The notes under the pieces were generated by a model. That model made no database searches. It was not told where the DNA came from and worked only from the letters and a program-made list of their open reading frames with translations. A stretch of 63,820 nucleotides of DNA, filler included, from Acidimicrobiia bacterium (GTDB taxonomy: Bacteria; Actinomycetota; Acidimicrobiia; Spongiisociales; JAENVV01), in the NCBI GenBank assembly GCA_041577335.1. It is 3 parts of 3 records of this genome, joined end to end, with 100 filler letters (N's around TTAATTAATTAA, not from the genome) between each part and the next. Parts side by side here need not be neighbours in the genome. Positions count along the whole stretch, not along the records: positions 1 to 23,766 come from JBFGJH010000051.1; positions 23,867 to 47,624 come from JBFGJH010000052.1; 1 more part is not named here. One strand, written 5' to 3'. A program made the position numbers and the translations under genes. This document shows, piece after piece, positions 19,586 to 29,433 of the stretch. Each line of letters starts with the position of its first letter. The first letter of the stretch is position 1.

Positions 19586-22531
19586 CTACCGGTTGTCTAC
19601 CTCGACCAGTGTGAGGCCAAGAAGTCCGTTGGCGTCGGAGTGGGAAACGGCACCGAGGTGCCACTCACCGTCGGCCGCCCCGGTCCAGCTCACGTCGATC
19701 GGCTCCACCGTGCCGGACACGGCCGACGCTGGTGCGCTGTCGATGGTCATGTTGCCGCCAGGGGTCGCCGAGACGATCCATGCGTACAGCGTGTAGTCGG
19801 CCGACGCATCGACTGTCTGCCAGCCATGCACATAGAGCGTCCAGATGTCATCGGGTGGCAGCGCTATCTCGATCAACTCGTTGGTACCGCCGTTCGTGCT
19901 CTCGGCAACGATGTTCCCTGCCGAATCCGCCAGGAATAGATCGATGTCATGATCGACAGTCGGCACGGCGTCGGGCGGCATGGCGAACCGCACAAAGGCG
20001 GCGCCGCTCGTGGCGAACTCGTGCGCATCGCTGAATCCATCGGCCGGATCAAAATCCTGATCCGGGTCCTGTACCACGTTGTCGTTGATCACGACCGCGG
20101 CCTCAAGGCCATGAGCGGCCGCCGTGTAGTCGCCGGTGTAACCGAAGGTCACGTCGAAGGCGGCAGACCCGTCTACGCCGCTTCCCTCAACGCTACTCGG
20201 TGCTGCGAGCGCCTCTGCCTTCACAGCGATCGGGCTGTAGGCCGCATAGCCGCGGGGACCCTGCAGCGTGATAGAGCCGTACTTCCACGTGTTGGCTGGC
20301 GCGCCCACGTTAGTGATCGTCACCTCATAGGTGGCCGAGCGGCCTCGTGGCACGATGATCCGGTCCGGCGAGACCGTGACCTCGAAGCCCGGAGGCGCAT
20401 CGACCGCCGCCCGGAAGACCAAGCGGCCCGGGGCCACGTTGGTCACCGTTCGGGTGAACGTCTGCTCTACCGGCACGTTCGACGACGCGATCGAAGCCAG
20501 GTTCAAGTCGCTGGCGTTCGTCGGTACGCCGATTGACTCGAGGAAGGGACAGGTAGTCGGCGACAAGGCCGACGGTTCTGCATCGCACAGGAACCCCAGG
20601 TACTCCAAGAAGCCGGCGTCGTAGATGATGCCCGGGTTGAAGATCGAGTTCCGACCGGCAGCTCGACCACTTGGATCTACATGACCCGCACCCATGTCGA
20701 ATGGATCGGCCAGGGTGGTCCCGTCTTCCTTGGCCACCTGCTGGTAGGCCGTGGTCATCAACGCCGACTTGGCGGCGGCAGGTGACCAATCCGGGTGGGC
20801 CTGCTTTATCAATGCGAACAAGCCGGCCACGTGCGGCGACGACATCGAGGTGCCGCTGATCGACTGGAACAGCTCACCCTGGGCGTCGGCTCCGTTGTGG
20901 ACCGGTGACGCTCCAGCCAGGATGTTCACACCCGGGGCGGTGACGTCTGGCTTGATGATGTCAGCTGAGATCGCGTTCGGCCCGCGCGACGAGAAGTCCG
21001 CCATCCACGGGGCATCGATCGGCGTGAACACGCCGCCATTGATCTGGGCTACGGACGCTGCGCCCGCAGAGGCGACGTAGTCCTTGATCGTCGAACCATC
21101 GGTAAAGTTGACGTGCACCGATGGCACCGAGTGGTTGTCGGTTACCAGGGCCATCGTGTCGTCCGGGTTGTAGAGGATCATGCCCACGCCACCGGCCTCG
21201 GCAACGGCCGCGCTCTTGGCCGCCCGGGCGATGGCGCCCCGCAAACACAGCACGATATTGCCTTCGACGACAGTGGGATCGAGAGCGCCGATGTTGCACA
21301 GCTCGTCGCCTGCGTCGGCAGCGTCGACCAACGTGACCTCATCGGTACCACCGGTGATGGAGGCTCCGAAGAATTCCCAGCCGTCACTCGACGATGCCGA
21401 GCCTTGCCAGGTGCGGTTCTGCGTGCTGGCGCCGACCGCGGTCAGCCACGGCACCCACGCCGGTGAACCGACGGTTTCAGCGCCGGGGCCGCTGTTTCCA
21501 GCCGAGGTGGCGACGTGAACGCCTGCGTCTGCTGCAAACAGGAACGCGATGTCATCTGGCCCGAGCGGGCCTGCACCGCTACCAATCGAGTAGTTGATGA
21601 CGTCGACGCCATCGGCTACGGCTTGATCGATGGCCGCTGCCAGGTCGGATCCAAAGCCGCCGAGCTTGCCAAGGCCCTTGTAGGCGATGACACGAGCGCG
21701 GGGAGCGACACCAGAGATGACGCCCCGGTCGATTCCGAAGATCTCGGACTGAACGCCGGCATTGCCGGCGGCAGTCGAAGCCGTGTGTGTTCCGTGGCCA
21801 TCGTCATCGCGGGCAGAGTCGAACTCGTCTGCGTCGGCGCCGATGAGGGCTCGATACGTCGGAATGATCTGCCGGGCGCCGAGGAGCTTGTTGTTGCAGG
21901 TGAAGTCTACGTCCGCCGGATGATGAGCAACGTTGCCGAAGTCACAAGCGGGGTATACGGAGCCGTCGAGCGCAATGCCCAGGTCCGAGTAGCTGCCGTC
22001 ATCGGCGAAGCTGGCATGCTCGGGCCAGATGCCACTGTCAATGACACCGACGATGACATCTTCGCCCACGTAGCCGGACTCCCACGCTCCCTGTGTATCC
22101 GTGAGGCCGAGGAACTCAGGGGAGTTTTCGGTCTGGGGGTACCGGAACGTATCCGGCATCACCAACAGAACATCAGGGCTTGCCGCAAGCTTCTCTGCTT
22201 CCGCATGGGTGATGAGCGCCGAAAACCCGTTGGCGGCGTTGGTGTACTCGTTGGCACGCTTGCTGGTGCTCACCCCGGCGTCGTTCATGACGCGATCGTG
22301 GCTTGCCTTGATGGCGGCCCGCTCGCTGTTCGCCCGGCTGGATCGCAGCTCGGATTGGTCGAACGAGGCCAGCAATGGATCTGCCTTCATGATCACGACG
22401 TAGCTGTCGTAATCGCCTTTCTCAACCTTGACACTGGAACTCGTGTCGGCTGCGCTGTTCGCGCCAGCCGCCGGAACCAGTACCGCTATCGCCATGAGTG
22501 CGGCGAACAGCGCTATCAGGGTCTTTTTCAT
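19586..22531 (-). CDS. Secreted S8 subtilase, plant (cucumisin)-type: I9 propeptide, PA domain, Fn3-like and C-terminal extension
   Basis: Signal peptide; catalytic triad VIDSGIWPE, GHGTHTASTAAG, SGTSMSSPH; SDLNLASI. Confidence 0.93.
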   Translation of the reverse strand: MKKTLIALFAALMAIAVLVPAAGANSAADTSSSVKVEKGDYDSYVVIMKADPLLASFDQSELRSSRANSERAAIKASHDRVMNDAGVSTSKRANEYTNAANGFSALITHAEAEKLAASPDVLLVMPDTFRYPQTENSPEFLGLTDTQGAWESGYVGEDVIVGVIDSGIWPEHASFADDGSYSDLGIALDGSVYPACDFGNVAHHPADVDFTCNNKLLGARQIIPTYRALIGADADEFDSARDDDGHGTHTASTAAGNAGVQSEIFGIDRGVISGVAPRARVIAYKGLGKLGGFGSDLAAAIDQAVADGVDVINYSIGSGAGPLGPDDIAFLFAADAGVHVATSAGNSGPGAETVGSPAWVPWLTAVGASTQNRTWQGSASSSDGWEFFGASITGGTDEVTLVDAADAGDELCNIGALDPTVVEGNIVLCLRGAIARAAKSAAVAEAGGVGMILYNPDDTMALVTDNHSVPSVHVNFTDGSTIKDYVASAGAASVAQINGGVFTPIDAPWMADFSSRGPNAISADIIKPDVTAPGVNILAGASPVHNGADAQGELFQSISGTSMSSPHVAGLFALIKQAHPDWSPAAAKSALMTTAYQQVAKEDGTTLADPFDMGAGHVDPSGRAAGRNSIFNPGIIYDAGFLEYLGFLCDAEPSALSPTTCPFLESIGVPTNASDLNLASIASSNVPVEQTFTRTVTNVAPGRLVFRAAVDAPPGFEVTVSPDRIIVPRGRSATYEVTITNVGAPANTWKYGSITLQGPRGYAAYSPIAVKAEALAAPSSVEGSGVDGSAAFDVTFGYTGDYTAAAHGLEAAVVINDNVVQDPDQDFDPADGFSDAHEFATSGAAFVRFAMPPDAVPTVDHDIDLFLADSAGNIVAESTNGGTNELIEIALPPDDIWTLYVHGWQTVDASADYTLYAWIVSATPGGNMTIDSAPASAVSGTVEPIDVSWTGAADGEWHLGAVSHSDANGLLGLTLVEVDNR

Positions 22532-22738
22532 GGAATCCCCTCCGTATAGCCTCTAGGAACACGGACCGCGTGGAGGCGGTCTCCGTCGGTCAACCCTAGC
22601 GATCGAAACGACCGCTTGGGGTGGGAACGTCCGCCTTTTCCCTCGCGCAAAGTGGTTGCGCGCGTCAAGCGTATCGAGGCGATTGGCGCCTATCAGGTGC
22701 TGGTTTGATAGTCCGCCCAGGCGGGTACGATTTTGTTG

Positions 22739-23593
22739 ATGAACAATCTCAAGACCGTGGCACTCCTTGCCCTCATGTCAACGCTGGTCTGGTTCATCGC
22801 GGCCACCCTCGTGGGTGGGGCGGCCGGCTTGTGGATCGGGTTCGGCCTGGCGGCCCTGCTCAACCTCGGTGCGTACTTCTTCTCGGACAAGATGGCGATC
22901 GTCGCCGCCAAAGCGGTGCCGATTCCCGACGACCAGCTGCCGCAACTCCATGAGATGGTGGAGCGCCTGGCCGGTGAGGCGGGGATTCCGGTCCCGCGGC
23001 TGTATTACATCGACAGCATGCAACCGAACGCCTTTGCCACCGGCAGGAACCCGAAGCATGCGGTCATTGCCGTGACCAAAGGCATTCTGGCGATGCTCGA
23101 CAAAGAAGAGTTGGAGGGGGTGTTGGCGCACGAACTGGCCCATGTCACCAACCGCGACATTCTCATTTCTTCCATAGCCGCCATGCTGGCGGCAGCCCTG
23201 TCGATCTTCGCCCGGATGACGCTGTTTGGCGGAAGGCGCCGGGGCGGCGGCCCGGTGGAGCTCGTCGTCGGCCTGCTCGGAATCATCCTGGCGCCGATCG
23301 CGGCGATGATCTTGAAATCGGCGATTTCTCGCTCCCGGGAGTACGAAGCAGACGCCACCGGCTCGCAGCTCAGCGGGCAGCCGCTGCAGCTCGCCTCGGC
23401 CCTCGCCAAGATCGGGCGAGGGACACGCGAGCACCCGATGCGCGTCAACGACGCCGTGTCCCAACTGTTCATCGCCGATCCCACAGCGGCCTTCAGCACG
23501 CGAGCTGCCATGAGCCGGATGTTCTCGACACACCCTCCCATCGAAGATCGAATCACCCGGCTGCAAGAGATGGCCGCGAACCGACGCCGCTGA
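22739..23593 (+). CDS. htpX: Zinc metalloprotease HtpX (M48)
   Basis: PNAFATGRNP, HELAH, SRSREYEAD, STHPP. Confidence 0.95.
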   Translation: MNNLKTVALLALMSTLVWFIAATLVGGAAGLWIGFGLAALLNLGAYFFSDKMAIVAAKAVPIPDDQLPQLHEMVERLAGEAGIPVPRLYYIDSMQPNAFATGRNPKHAVIAVTKGILAMLDKEELEGVLAHELAHVTNRDILISSIAAMLAAALSIFARMTLFGGRRRGGGPVELVVGLLGIILAPIAAMILKSAISRSREYEADATGSQLSGQPLQLASALAKIGRGTREHPMRVNDAVSQLFIADPTAAFSTRAAMSRMFSTHPPIEDRITRLQEMAANRRR

Positions 23594-23699
23594 GCTCGGC
23601 GGGGCCCGGCACTGCGACCACTTCTCCTCCGGCTATCTGGATTGGCACGCGTGATCAGCGCGCTAACCTACCGTGCGCCCGAAATCGCGTTTGGGCCCT

Positions 23700-23766
23700 G
23701 CCGGGATGCCCGAGCGGCCAAAGGGAGCAGACTGTAAATCTGCCGGCAATGCCTTCGGAGGTTCGA
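23700..23766 (+). tRNA. tRNA-Tyr(GTA), 3' end cut by the contig end
   Basis: GCCGGGATGCCCGAGCGGCCAAAGGGAGCAGACTGTAAATCTGCC...GGAGGTTCGA; GTA anticodon, long variable arm. Confidence 0.93.
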
Positions 23767-23866
23767 NNNNNNNNNNNNNNNNNNNNNNNNNNNNNNNNNN
23801 NNNNNNNNNNTTAATTAATTAANNNNNNNNNNNNNNNNNNNNNNNNNNNNNNNNNNNNNNNNNNNN
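23767..23866. other. Artificial contig-joining linker
   Basis: N-run, TTAATTAATTAA (stops in all frames), N-run. Confidence 0.98.
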
Positions 23867-23918
23867 GCCGCGGGTCGGCGTCGCCGCCACCTCTACGGAG
23901 ACGGCGGCGCGTTTCTCC

Positions 23919-25385
23919 TCACAGCTCGCCGTTTTGGAGGCGGGTGAGGACTTCGTCTCTCAGGAAGTCGATCGTGGGGCTTTCGGGATACTCGATCACG
24001 ATATCGGGCTCGATTCCGACTTCACCGAAATCGGTTCCATTGGGGGTTACCCAGCGGGCGATGGTGACCTTGAGGGCGCCACCGTTGCTGAGTGGGAAGT
24101 TCTGCTGCACCGTGTTCTTCCCAAACGACGTTTGACCGATGAGAGTCGCCCGACCTTGATCGGACAGCGCCCCGGCCACGACCTCGGAGGCGGAGGCCGA
24201 GCCTCCGTTCATCAACACGTATACCTCGATGTCCGGGTCGGTGGCCAGTCCACCTGGCCGGACCTCGTAGTCGATGTCGCGATCAGGTGACTCGGTACGG
24301 ACCACGAGTCCCTCGGTCAGGAACTCCGAGGCGATGGCGACCGAGTCGTCCAGGGATCCGCCCGGATTGGACTGCAGGTCGAAGATGATGGTGTCGGCCC
24401 CTTGCTCGATGAGCCCGGAGAGCTCCTCGCGAAAGAGCTCGGCAGAACCGAACGTGAACTGAACGAGCCGGATATAGCCAACGTCATCGGTCAGCATCTC
24501 TGACTCGACGATCGCAATCGAGATGGCTTCTCGGGTGATCGTGACGTCGAACGGCTCACCGTCCCGCTCCATGGAAAGGAGCACCTCGCTGCCTGCTGGG
24601 CCCCGGACGATCGAAACAACCTCATCGAGGGTCATGTCGATGATCGAATCCCCATCAACGGCGACGAGGACGTCGTCAGCTTGGAGGCCCGCTGCTTCGG
24701 AAGGGCTCCCCGGCAACGGCGAGACGATGATCATCTCGCAAGTGGCGGAGATGACTACGCACGGCTCGGCTTCGTCGGCGAGGTTCACCGTGTTGACCAA
24801 CGAGCCAATGCCCTGTACCTGTCCGCTGTTGGAATCGTTGAAATCTTGGAACAACTCGGGATCGAAGTAATTGCTGTTGGGGTCGTCCAACCCGAAATCG
24901 AGCATGCCGCGAATCCCCGACTCGATGAGGGTGTCGTCGATGAGGCCTTCTTCGTTCTCCATCATCGCCAAGGTGCTACAGAACTCGACGAAGGCATCCG
25001 AGGGGATATGGCAGGTTGTGTCCTCATCATCGCTCGGACCGACGATGCCGCCGTATTCTCTGAGCCCACGAACTGCACCTTCCGCCAGATCTTCGTCGGC
25101 CAACTCGTCGACGTAGCGGTCGGTCAGGGTCTCGTAGGCATCGCAGAATACGACGAACTCTGCGGTGGCTCCGTCGCATGCTCGGACGTTGGCCTTGTCG
25201 ATGCGTGGTGCGTCCGTGGTAGGAACCGGTGCTTCGGCCGCTTCGCTGGTTGCACCGGTCGTCGGGGCGGCGGCTTCCGTGACCGGCGGGGCTGCCGTGG
25301 TATCGGTGGTGAAAACACCACAGGCGCTCGACACCATGGCGAGTATCACGACCAGGAGGAAGGCTTGGCGATGCATTCGCATCAT
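23919..25385 (-). CDS. S41 C-terminal processing peptidase (CtpA-like lipoprotein with PDZ domain)
   Basis: Lipobox SSAC, PDZ, DLQSNPGG, SASASE (Ser), FGKNTVQ (Lys). Confidence 0.92.
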   Translation of the reverse strand: MMRMHRQAFLLVVILAMVSSACGVFTTDTTAAPPVTEAAAPTTGATSEAAEAPVPTTDAPRIDKANVRACDGATAEFVVFCDAYETLTDRYVDELADEDLAEGAVRGLREYGGIVGPSDDEDTTCHIPSDAFVEFCSTLAMMENEEGLIDDTLIESGIRGMLDFGLDDPNSNYFDPELFQDFNDSNSGQVQGIGSLVNTVNLADEAEPCVVISATCEMIIVSPLPGSPSEAAGLQADDVLVAVDGDSIIDMTLDEVVSIVRGPAGSEVLLSMERDGEPFDVTITREAISIAIVESEMLTDDVGYIRLVQFTFGSAELFREELSGLIEQGADTIIFDLQSNPGGSLDDSVAIASEFLTEGLVVRTESPDRDIDYEVRPGGLATDPDIEVYVLMNGGSASASEVVAGALSDQGRATLIGQTSFGKNTVQQNFPLSNGGALKVTIARWVTPNGTDFGEVGIEPDIVIEYPESPTIDFLRDEVLTRLQNGEL

Positions 25386-25423
25386 TCAACTCGCTCGGAG
25401 CAATTATGCGGCGCCGCCACCGG

Positions 25424-26311
25424 TCAGCCGAAGGTGTCGCATGCGTTCGGGTCGCCCGTCTCGAAGCCTTGGTTGAACCACTCAACGCGTTGTGCCGACG
25501 AGCCGTGGGTCCAGCTCTCGGGGTTGACGCGACCAGTCACGGTCTCCTGGATGCGATCGTCACCCACAGCCTCGGCGGCTTGCATCGCCTCGGCGACATC
25601 GCCGGGCTCGATGATCACGGAGTCGGTCGGGTCGCCGGCCGCATCGTCGGCGAGCGTGTCGTGCACCCAGACACCTGCCAGGCAATCTGCTTGAAGCTCC
25701 ATTGCGATCGACAGCTCGTTCGCCCGATCGGGGTTTTGCTGCTGCGCATTGCGCACAGATTCGTTTATGCCTTCGACAGTCTGGATGTGGTGGGCAAACT
25801 CATGGGCAACGACATAGTCGATGGCGAACTCGCCACGGGCTCCGAATTGCCGGCGCAGCTGATCGAAGAACCCGAGGTCGAGGTAGATCGTTTCATCGAG
25901 AGGGCAATAGTGGGGCCCCACCTCCGAGCGAGCACCGCCGCACGCCGAGCTGGTGACGCCTTCGAAGAGGACCACATTGGCGGTGCGGTAGGACTCGTCG
26001 ACGGCTTCGTATCGATCGGCCCATGTGTCGTCGATGTCCGCCACGATTGAGTTGATTCGCTCGTACTCGTCGTCGCGGGTCGGCTGTGCAGCGGGACCAC
26101 TCGGCGCCTGCTCGACGGCCGAACCACCCAGATCGGGCAACCCACTCTGGCAAACGGCAAACACCACGATGATGAGCAGGATCGGGAGGCTGATCTTCCC
26201 GACCGGAAGCCCGCCGAGACCTCCGAGCCCTCCCCCGCCTGCCGGCTGGCCGCCACTTTGTCCGCGTCGGTCCTCGACGTGTCTTCTTCTGACTCTCCGA
26301 TAGCGTGCCAC
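25424..26311 (-). CDS. Neutral zinc metallopeptidase, YpfJ family
   Basis: VEDRRG, GPHYCPLD, HEFAHH, ELQADC, THGSSAQR; likely start GTG 26311. Confidence 0.92.
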   Translation of the reverse strand: MARYRRVRRRHVEDRRGQSGGQPAGGGGLGGLGGLPVGKISLPILLIIVVFAVCQSGLPDLGGSAVEQAPSGPAAQPTRDDEYERINSIVADIDDTWADRYEAVDESYRTANVVLFEGVTSSACGGARSEVGPHYCPLDETIYLDLGFFDQLRRQFGARGEFAIDYVVAHEFAHHIQTVEGINESVRNAQQQNPDRANELSIAMELQADCLAGVWVHDTLADDAAGDPTDSVIIEPGDVAEAMQAAEAVGDDRIQETVTGRVNPESWTHGSSAQRVEWFNQGFETGDPNACDTFG

Positions 26312-26336
26312 AGCCGTGTCCCTGGTTTGTCGGTTC

Positions 26337-26795
26337 CTACGACGCTGAGTCGATGCGCACAACGATCGGAGCGTCGATGTCGGGGTGCAAGCTCCGGTGC
26401 ACGGTGCACGTCTCGGCGGCCCGCCGGAATCTCTTGATCAGTGTTTCTTCGATGGGGGCGGCAATCGTGATGGTGGTGGCGAGGCGGCTGATTCGCTTCG
26501 GATTGGTTCCGAGCTCCTTTTCCACGGCGATCGAAATCGCTTCTAGAGGGACGGAGTGACGTTCTGCCATTGGCGCAATCGAGCTGCTGATGCAGCTGCC
26601 CAAGCCAGCCGCGATCAGATCGGTGGAGGAAAAAGTGGAGCCACCACCGCCGAATTCGGGCGAGACATCGGTCATGATGACGCTGCCGGTTGGCCCGTGG
26701 CGGATCTCAGTTTGTCCCTGGCCGAGAGGCCGATTGTGAATTGTGCCCATCTGGGCGACAGCATAGGTTGTGACACCGAACCGGAGCCAACTCAT
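26337..26795 (-). CDS. OsmC/Ohr family protein
   Basis: TDLIAAGLGSC ... CTVHRSL (two conserved Cys); start uncertain. Confidence 0.85.
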   Translation of the reverse strand: MSWLRFGVTTYAVAQMGTIHNRPLGQGQTEIRHGPTGSVIMTDVSPEFGGGGSTFSSTDLIAAGLGSCISSSIAPMAERHSVPLEAISIAVEKELGTNPKRISRLATTITIAAPIEETLIKRFRRAAETCTVHRSLHPDIDAPIVVRIDSAS

Positions 26796-26862
26796 CCGGG
26801 CTTGGCGACCACCGGCATGAGAGCAGTCGGCGGCGTAAACGGTTCTGCCCAGGAAGTGGTCG

Positions 26863-29388
26863 CTACAGCAACTGTCGTGCCTCGAGACGTTTGTAGGCGA
26901 TGTAGCCGGGGAGCACAGGGAACCAGAATGTTCCGATCCTGAAGAGGAATACAGCCGGGACGGCGACAGTGGCGCTGAGCCCGAAGGTCGTCAGGCCGGC
27001 GATGAGTGCAGCTTCGGCGGCGCCAACGCCGCCCGGGGTGGGCGCAGCCTGGGCGAGCGCTGATCCCGCGAGATAGACGGCCGTGACACCGACGAAGCCA
27101 ATTCCGCCACCGAATGCAGCGATGCTGTACCAGAGGGCAAAGACGTACGACATGGTGATGGAGAAGCTGCCCGTGAACAGCGCCAGGATCTTGGCGGGAT
27201 TAGCCGTCACCTTCGCAACACCAGCCGCCGACTTGCGCATGATGGGCGATATCCGCCGCAGCCAGAGTTTCCGCCCCCACGGCAGCACCATCACTCCACC
27301 TGCCGCAGTCAACACAGCGACGAGGCCGAGAAGGACCGTTTGACCGGATGGCAGCGATATCACGTCGGTCGCCGAGCGGCCTGCCGTTGTTACGAATACC
27401 GCCAGGAGCAGGACGTGGGTGATCACGCCGGCCACGTTGTTGAGTCCCACGCCGGCAACTGCCACGGCCGGATCGACCCCGCTCTTCTGTAGGTAGCGGA
27501 TATTGGCGGCGATACCGCCAACCTTGGCCGGAGCTATCCGGTTGAAGAAGGATGCAGCCAGTTGAGCCAAGAGCGTCGGGAAGAAGCGCAGCCTTGTGGG
27601 CATTGCCCCGATCAGCGCGATGCTGGCCCCGACGTAGGTCAGAAACGAGAAAAGGAGAACCAGGGGAAACCACTGCCAATCGGCGTCGACCACCTCGCCA
27701 AAATCCACCTGGGCGAGCTGGGGGATCAAGAGGTAAAACGCAAAGCCCAACATGACGGTCGTGAAAACGGTTCGGGAACTCACCCGCTCCAGCTTCTCGA
27801 GATCGACTGTCTCGAGGTTGGTTACCGCCTTGACTTCATCCCGGAGCTCGCCGAGGAGAGCCTTCTGCTTCTTGGCAGCGCTGCGGGTCGACGAGCTGAG
27901 AGCGGTTGGCTGGATTCGGGCTGCCGACGCAGCGACGGCTTCTGGTCCGAGACCTTCGACTGCGGCCGCGACAGACCGTTGGGCGCCAACGATCAAGGCG
28001 AGTGCCACCAACAGTTGGGCCGTGTCGCCATTGAGCTCACGTTCATCCGCCGAGAGTTCGGCGAATCCAAAATCGACGATCCAGGCATGGCCTCCCGAGT
28101 CGAGGAGGACGTTGGCGGTGGTGAGGTGCCGATGGGCAATTCGGGCATCGCGGATACGCCCAATCTGGTCCCATATCGACCGAAGAACTTCATCTGTGAC
28201 GAGGCGCTCGTCGACGCCATCGAGGGCGTCGGCTCCAGTTTCCTCGAATACGATGAGCATCGAGTTGGGCGGGACGTCGGCCACTCGCAGCATCTGTGGA
28301 GTTCGTACGCCGGCCGCGGACGCCGAGAGCGACATTCCCGCCTCATGCCCGACCTCCCGACGGAGAGATGCGAACGGGCGCTCGTCGCCGAAGCCCTTGA
28401 GGCGGATCATTCGGTACACCCGGAAGAGGACCTCAGCGGCCCTATCTTCAGGTGTTCGGAGCTTGACGTAGACGCTGCGCCCGTCCCCCAATCGAGCCGA
28501 GAATCGGCGACGTTCGTCGGCGGCAGCTCCGGTCGGCTCGATCGATGTGATGTCAAAACCGTGGTCGGTGAGGGCGGTCGCAACTTCGAATGTTTTGGGA
28601 GTCCGATCCGGGGATCCGAACGCGAGCAGCGTCGCCCCTCCAATAGCGTATCCGAGCGCCATCATCAGCAGGGCGTCAATGGGTGGTAGGAGACCATCGA
28701 TCACGCGGACCATCAGGAAGATCACGAGGACTATCCAGGTGGCACGCCGCCACTTTCGATTCAGCCACGGGGTGAGTGTTGATATCGCGGCGGCTAGCCC
28801 TGCCAAATAGACGATCGAAGGAAACCCGTCTCCGGGCACGCAAGCGTGAGACCCAAGGACCTGTCCCAACGTATCCGGTTGGGTCACGATGTTGCCCACC
28901 GAATTCGGGTCGGCGGCACCGATGCTCTGTTGGGTGGAACCGACCAAGTTCGCGCAGACCCAAGAGGGCGGTGTGACGGTTAGCTCCGTGGATGCGATTC
29001 CGGCGAGTTCGCCCTGGATGCCCCACGAAACGAGACCCGCCGCAGTGACTGCGAGTGCTACGAGTGCCAGTCGGCGATATCGGCGCCGGACCACCAGCAC
29101 CGCCACCACAACCACGGGAAGGGCCCATGCCAGGAGCTGCACTGCGAGGATGGTCGTGACGACGAGGGGAGATGGCAGCTTCTCGAAAGCGCTGATCACC
29201 TCGCTCGCCACGCCGATACTGACGGTGTCGAGGGCGCTCGCCATCAGGTAGCCGATGACCCCTGTCGCGAGAGCGACGATGGTTCTCAGGAGGTCGCTTG
29301 GCTGCCTCCCCCGTCGATACACACCATCATCGTGAACCCGGAACGACACGGCAGACGGAGCTTCAGGAGATTCGGATTCGACCATCAC
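26863..29388 (-). CDS. Multidomain membrane protein: degenerate PAP2-like TM region + kinase-like domain + LPG-synthase/UPF0104 flippase-like TM domain
   Basis: GFPS in the N-terminal TM region; YVKL, AHRHL..ANVLL, IVDFG; C-terminal PAKVGG...APTPGGVGAAEAAL...FR. Confidence 0.8.
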   Translation of the reverse strand: MMVESESPEAPSAVSFRVHDDGVYRRGRQPSDLLRTIVALATGVIGYLMASALDTVSIGVASEVISAFEKLPSPLVVTTILAVQLLAWALPVVVVAVLVVRRRYRRLALVALAVTAAGLVSWGIQGELAGIASTELTVTPPSWVCANLVGSTQQSIGAADPNSVGNIVTQPDTLGQVLGSHACVPGDGFPSIVYLAGLAAAISTLTPWLNRKWRRATWIVLVIFLMVRVIDGLLPPIDALLMMALGYAIGGATLLAFGSPDRTPKTFEVATALTDHGFDITSIEPTGAAADERRRFSARLGDGRSVYVKLRTPEDRAAEVLFRVYRMIRLKGFGDERPFASLRREVGHEAGMSLSASAAGVRTPQMLRVADVPPNSMLIVFEETGADALDGVDERLVTDEVLRSIWDQIGRIRDARIAHRHLTTANVLLDSGGHAWIVDFGFAELSADERELNGDTAQLLVALALIVGAQRSVAAAVEGLGPEAVAASAARIQPTALSSSTRSAAKKQKALLGELRDEVKAVTNLETVDLEKLERVSSRTVFTTVMLGFAFYLLIPQLAQVDFGEVVDADWQWFPLVLLFSFLTYVGASIALIGAMPTRLRFFPTLLAQLAASFFNRIAPAKVGGIAANIRYLQKSGVDPAVAVAGVGLNNVAGVITHVLLLAVFVTTAGRSATDVISLPSGQTVLLGLVAVLTAAGGVMVLPWGRKLWLRRISPIMRKSAAGVAKVTANPAKILALFTGSFSITMSYVFALWYSIAAFGGGIGFVGVTAVYLAGSALAQAAPTPGGVGAAEAALIAGLTTFGLSATVAVPAVFLFRIGTFWFPVLPGYIAYKRLEARQLL

Positions 29389-29433
29389 TCACCTGCCCAA
29401 TCGTTCTGCCATCGGGATCCATCGACTCTGGTG

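Noticed and set aside
22532..22738. Riboswitch upstream of the subtilase
   Set aside because: Only short hairpins; no recognisable c-di-AMP, c-di-GMP or other aptamer consensus.
23811..23822. TTAATTAATTAA palindrome (also at 47669-47680)
   Set aside because: Artificial linker between N-runs, not biological.
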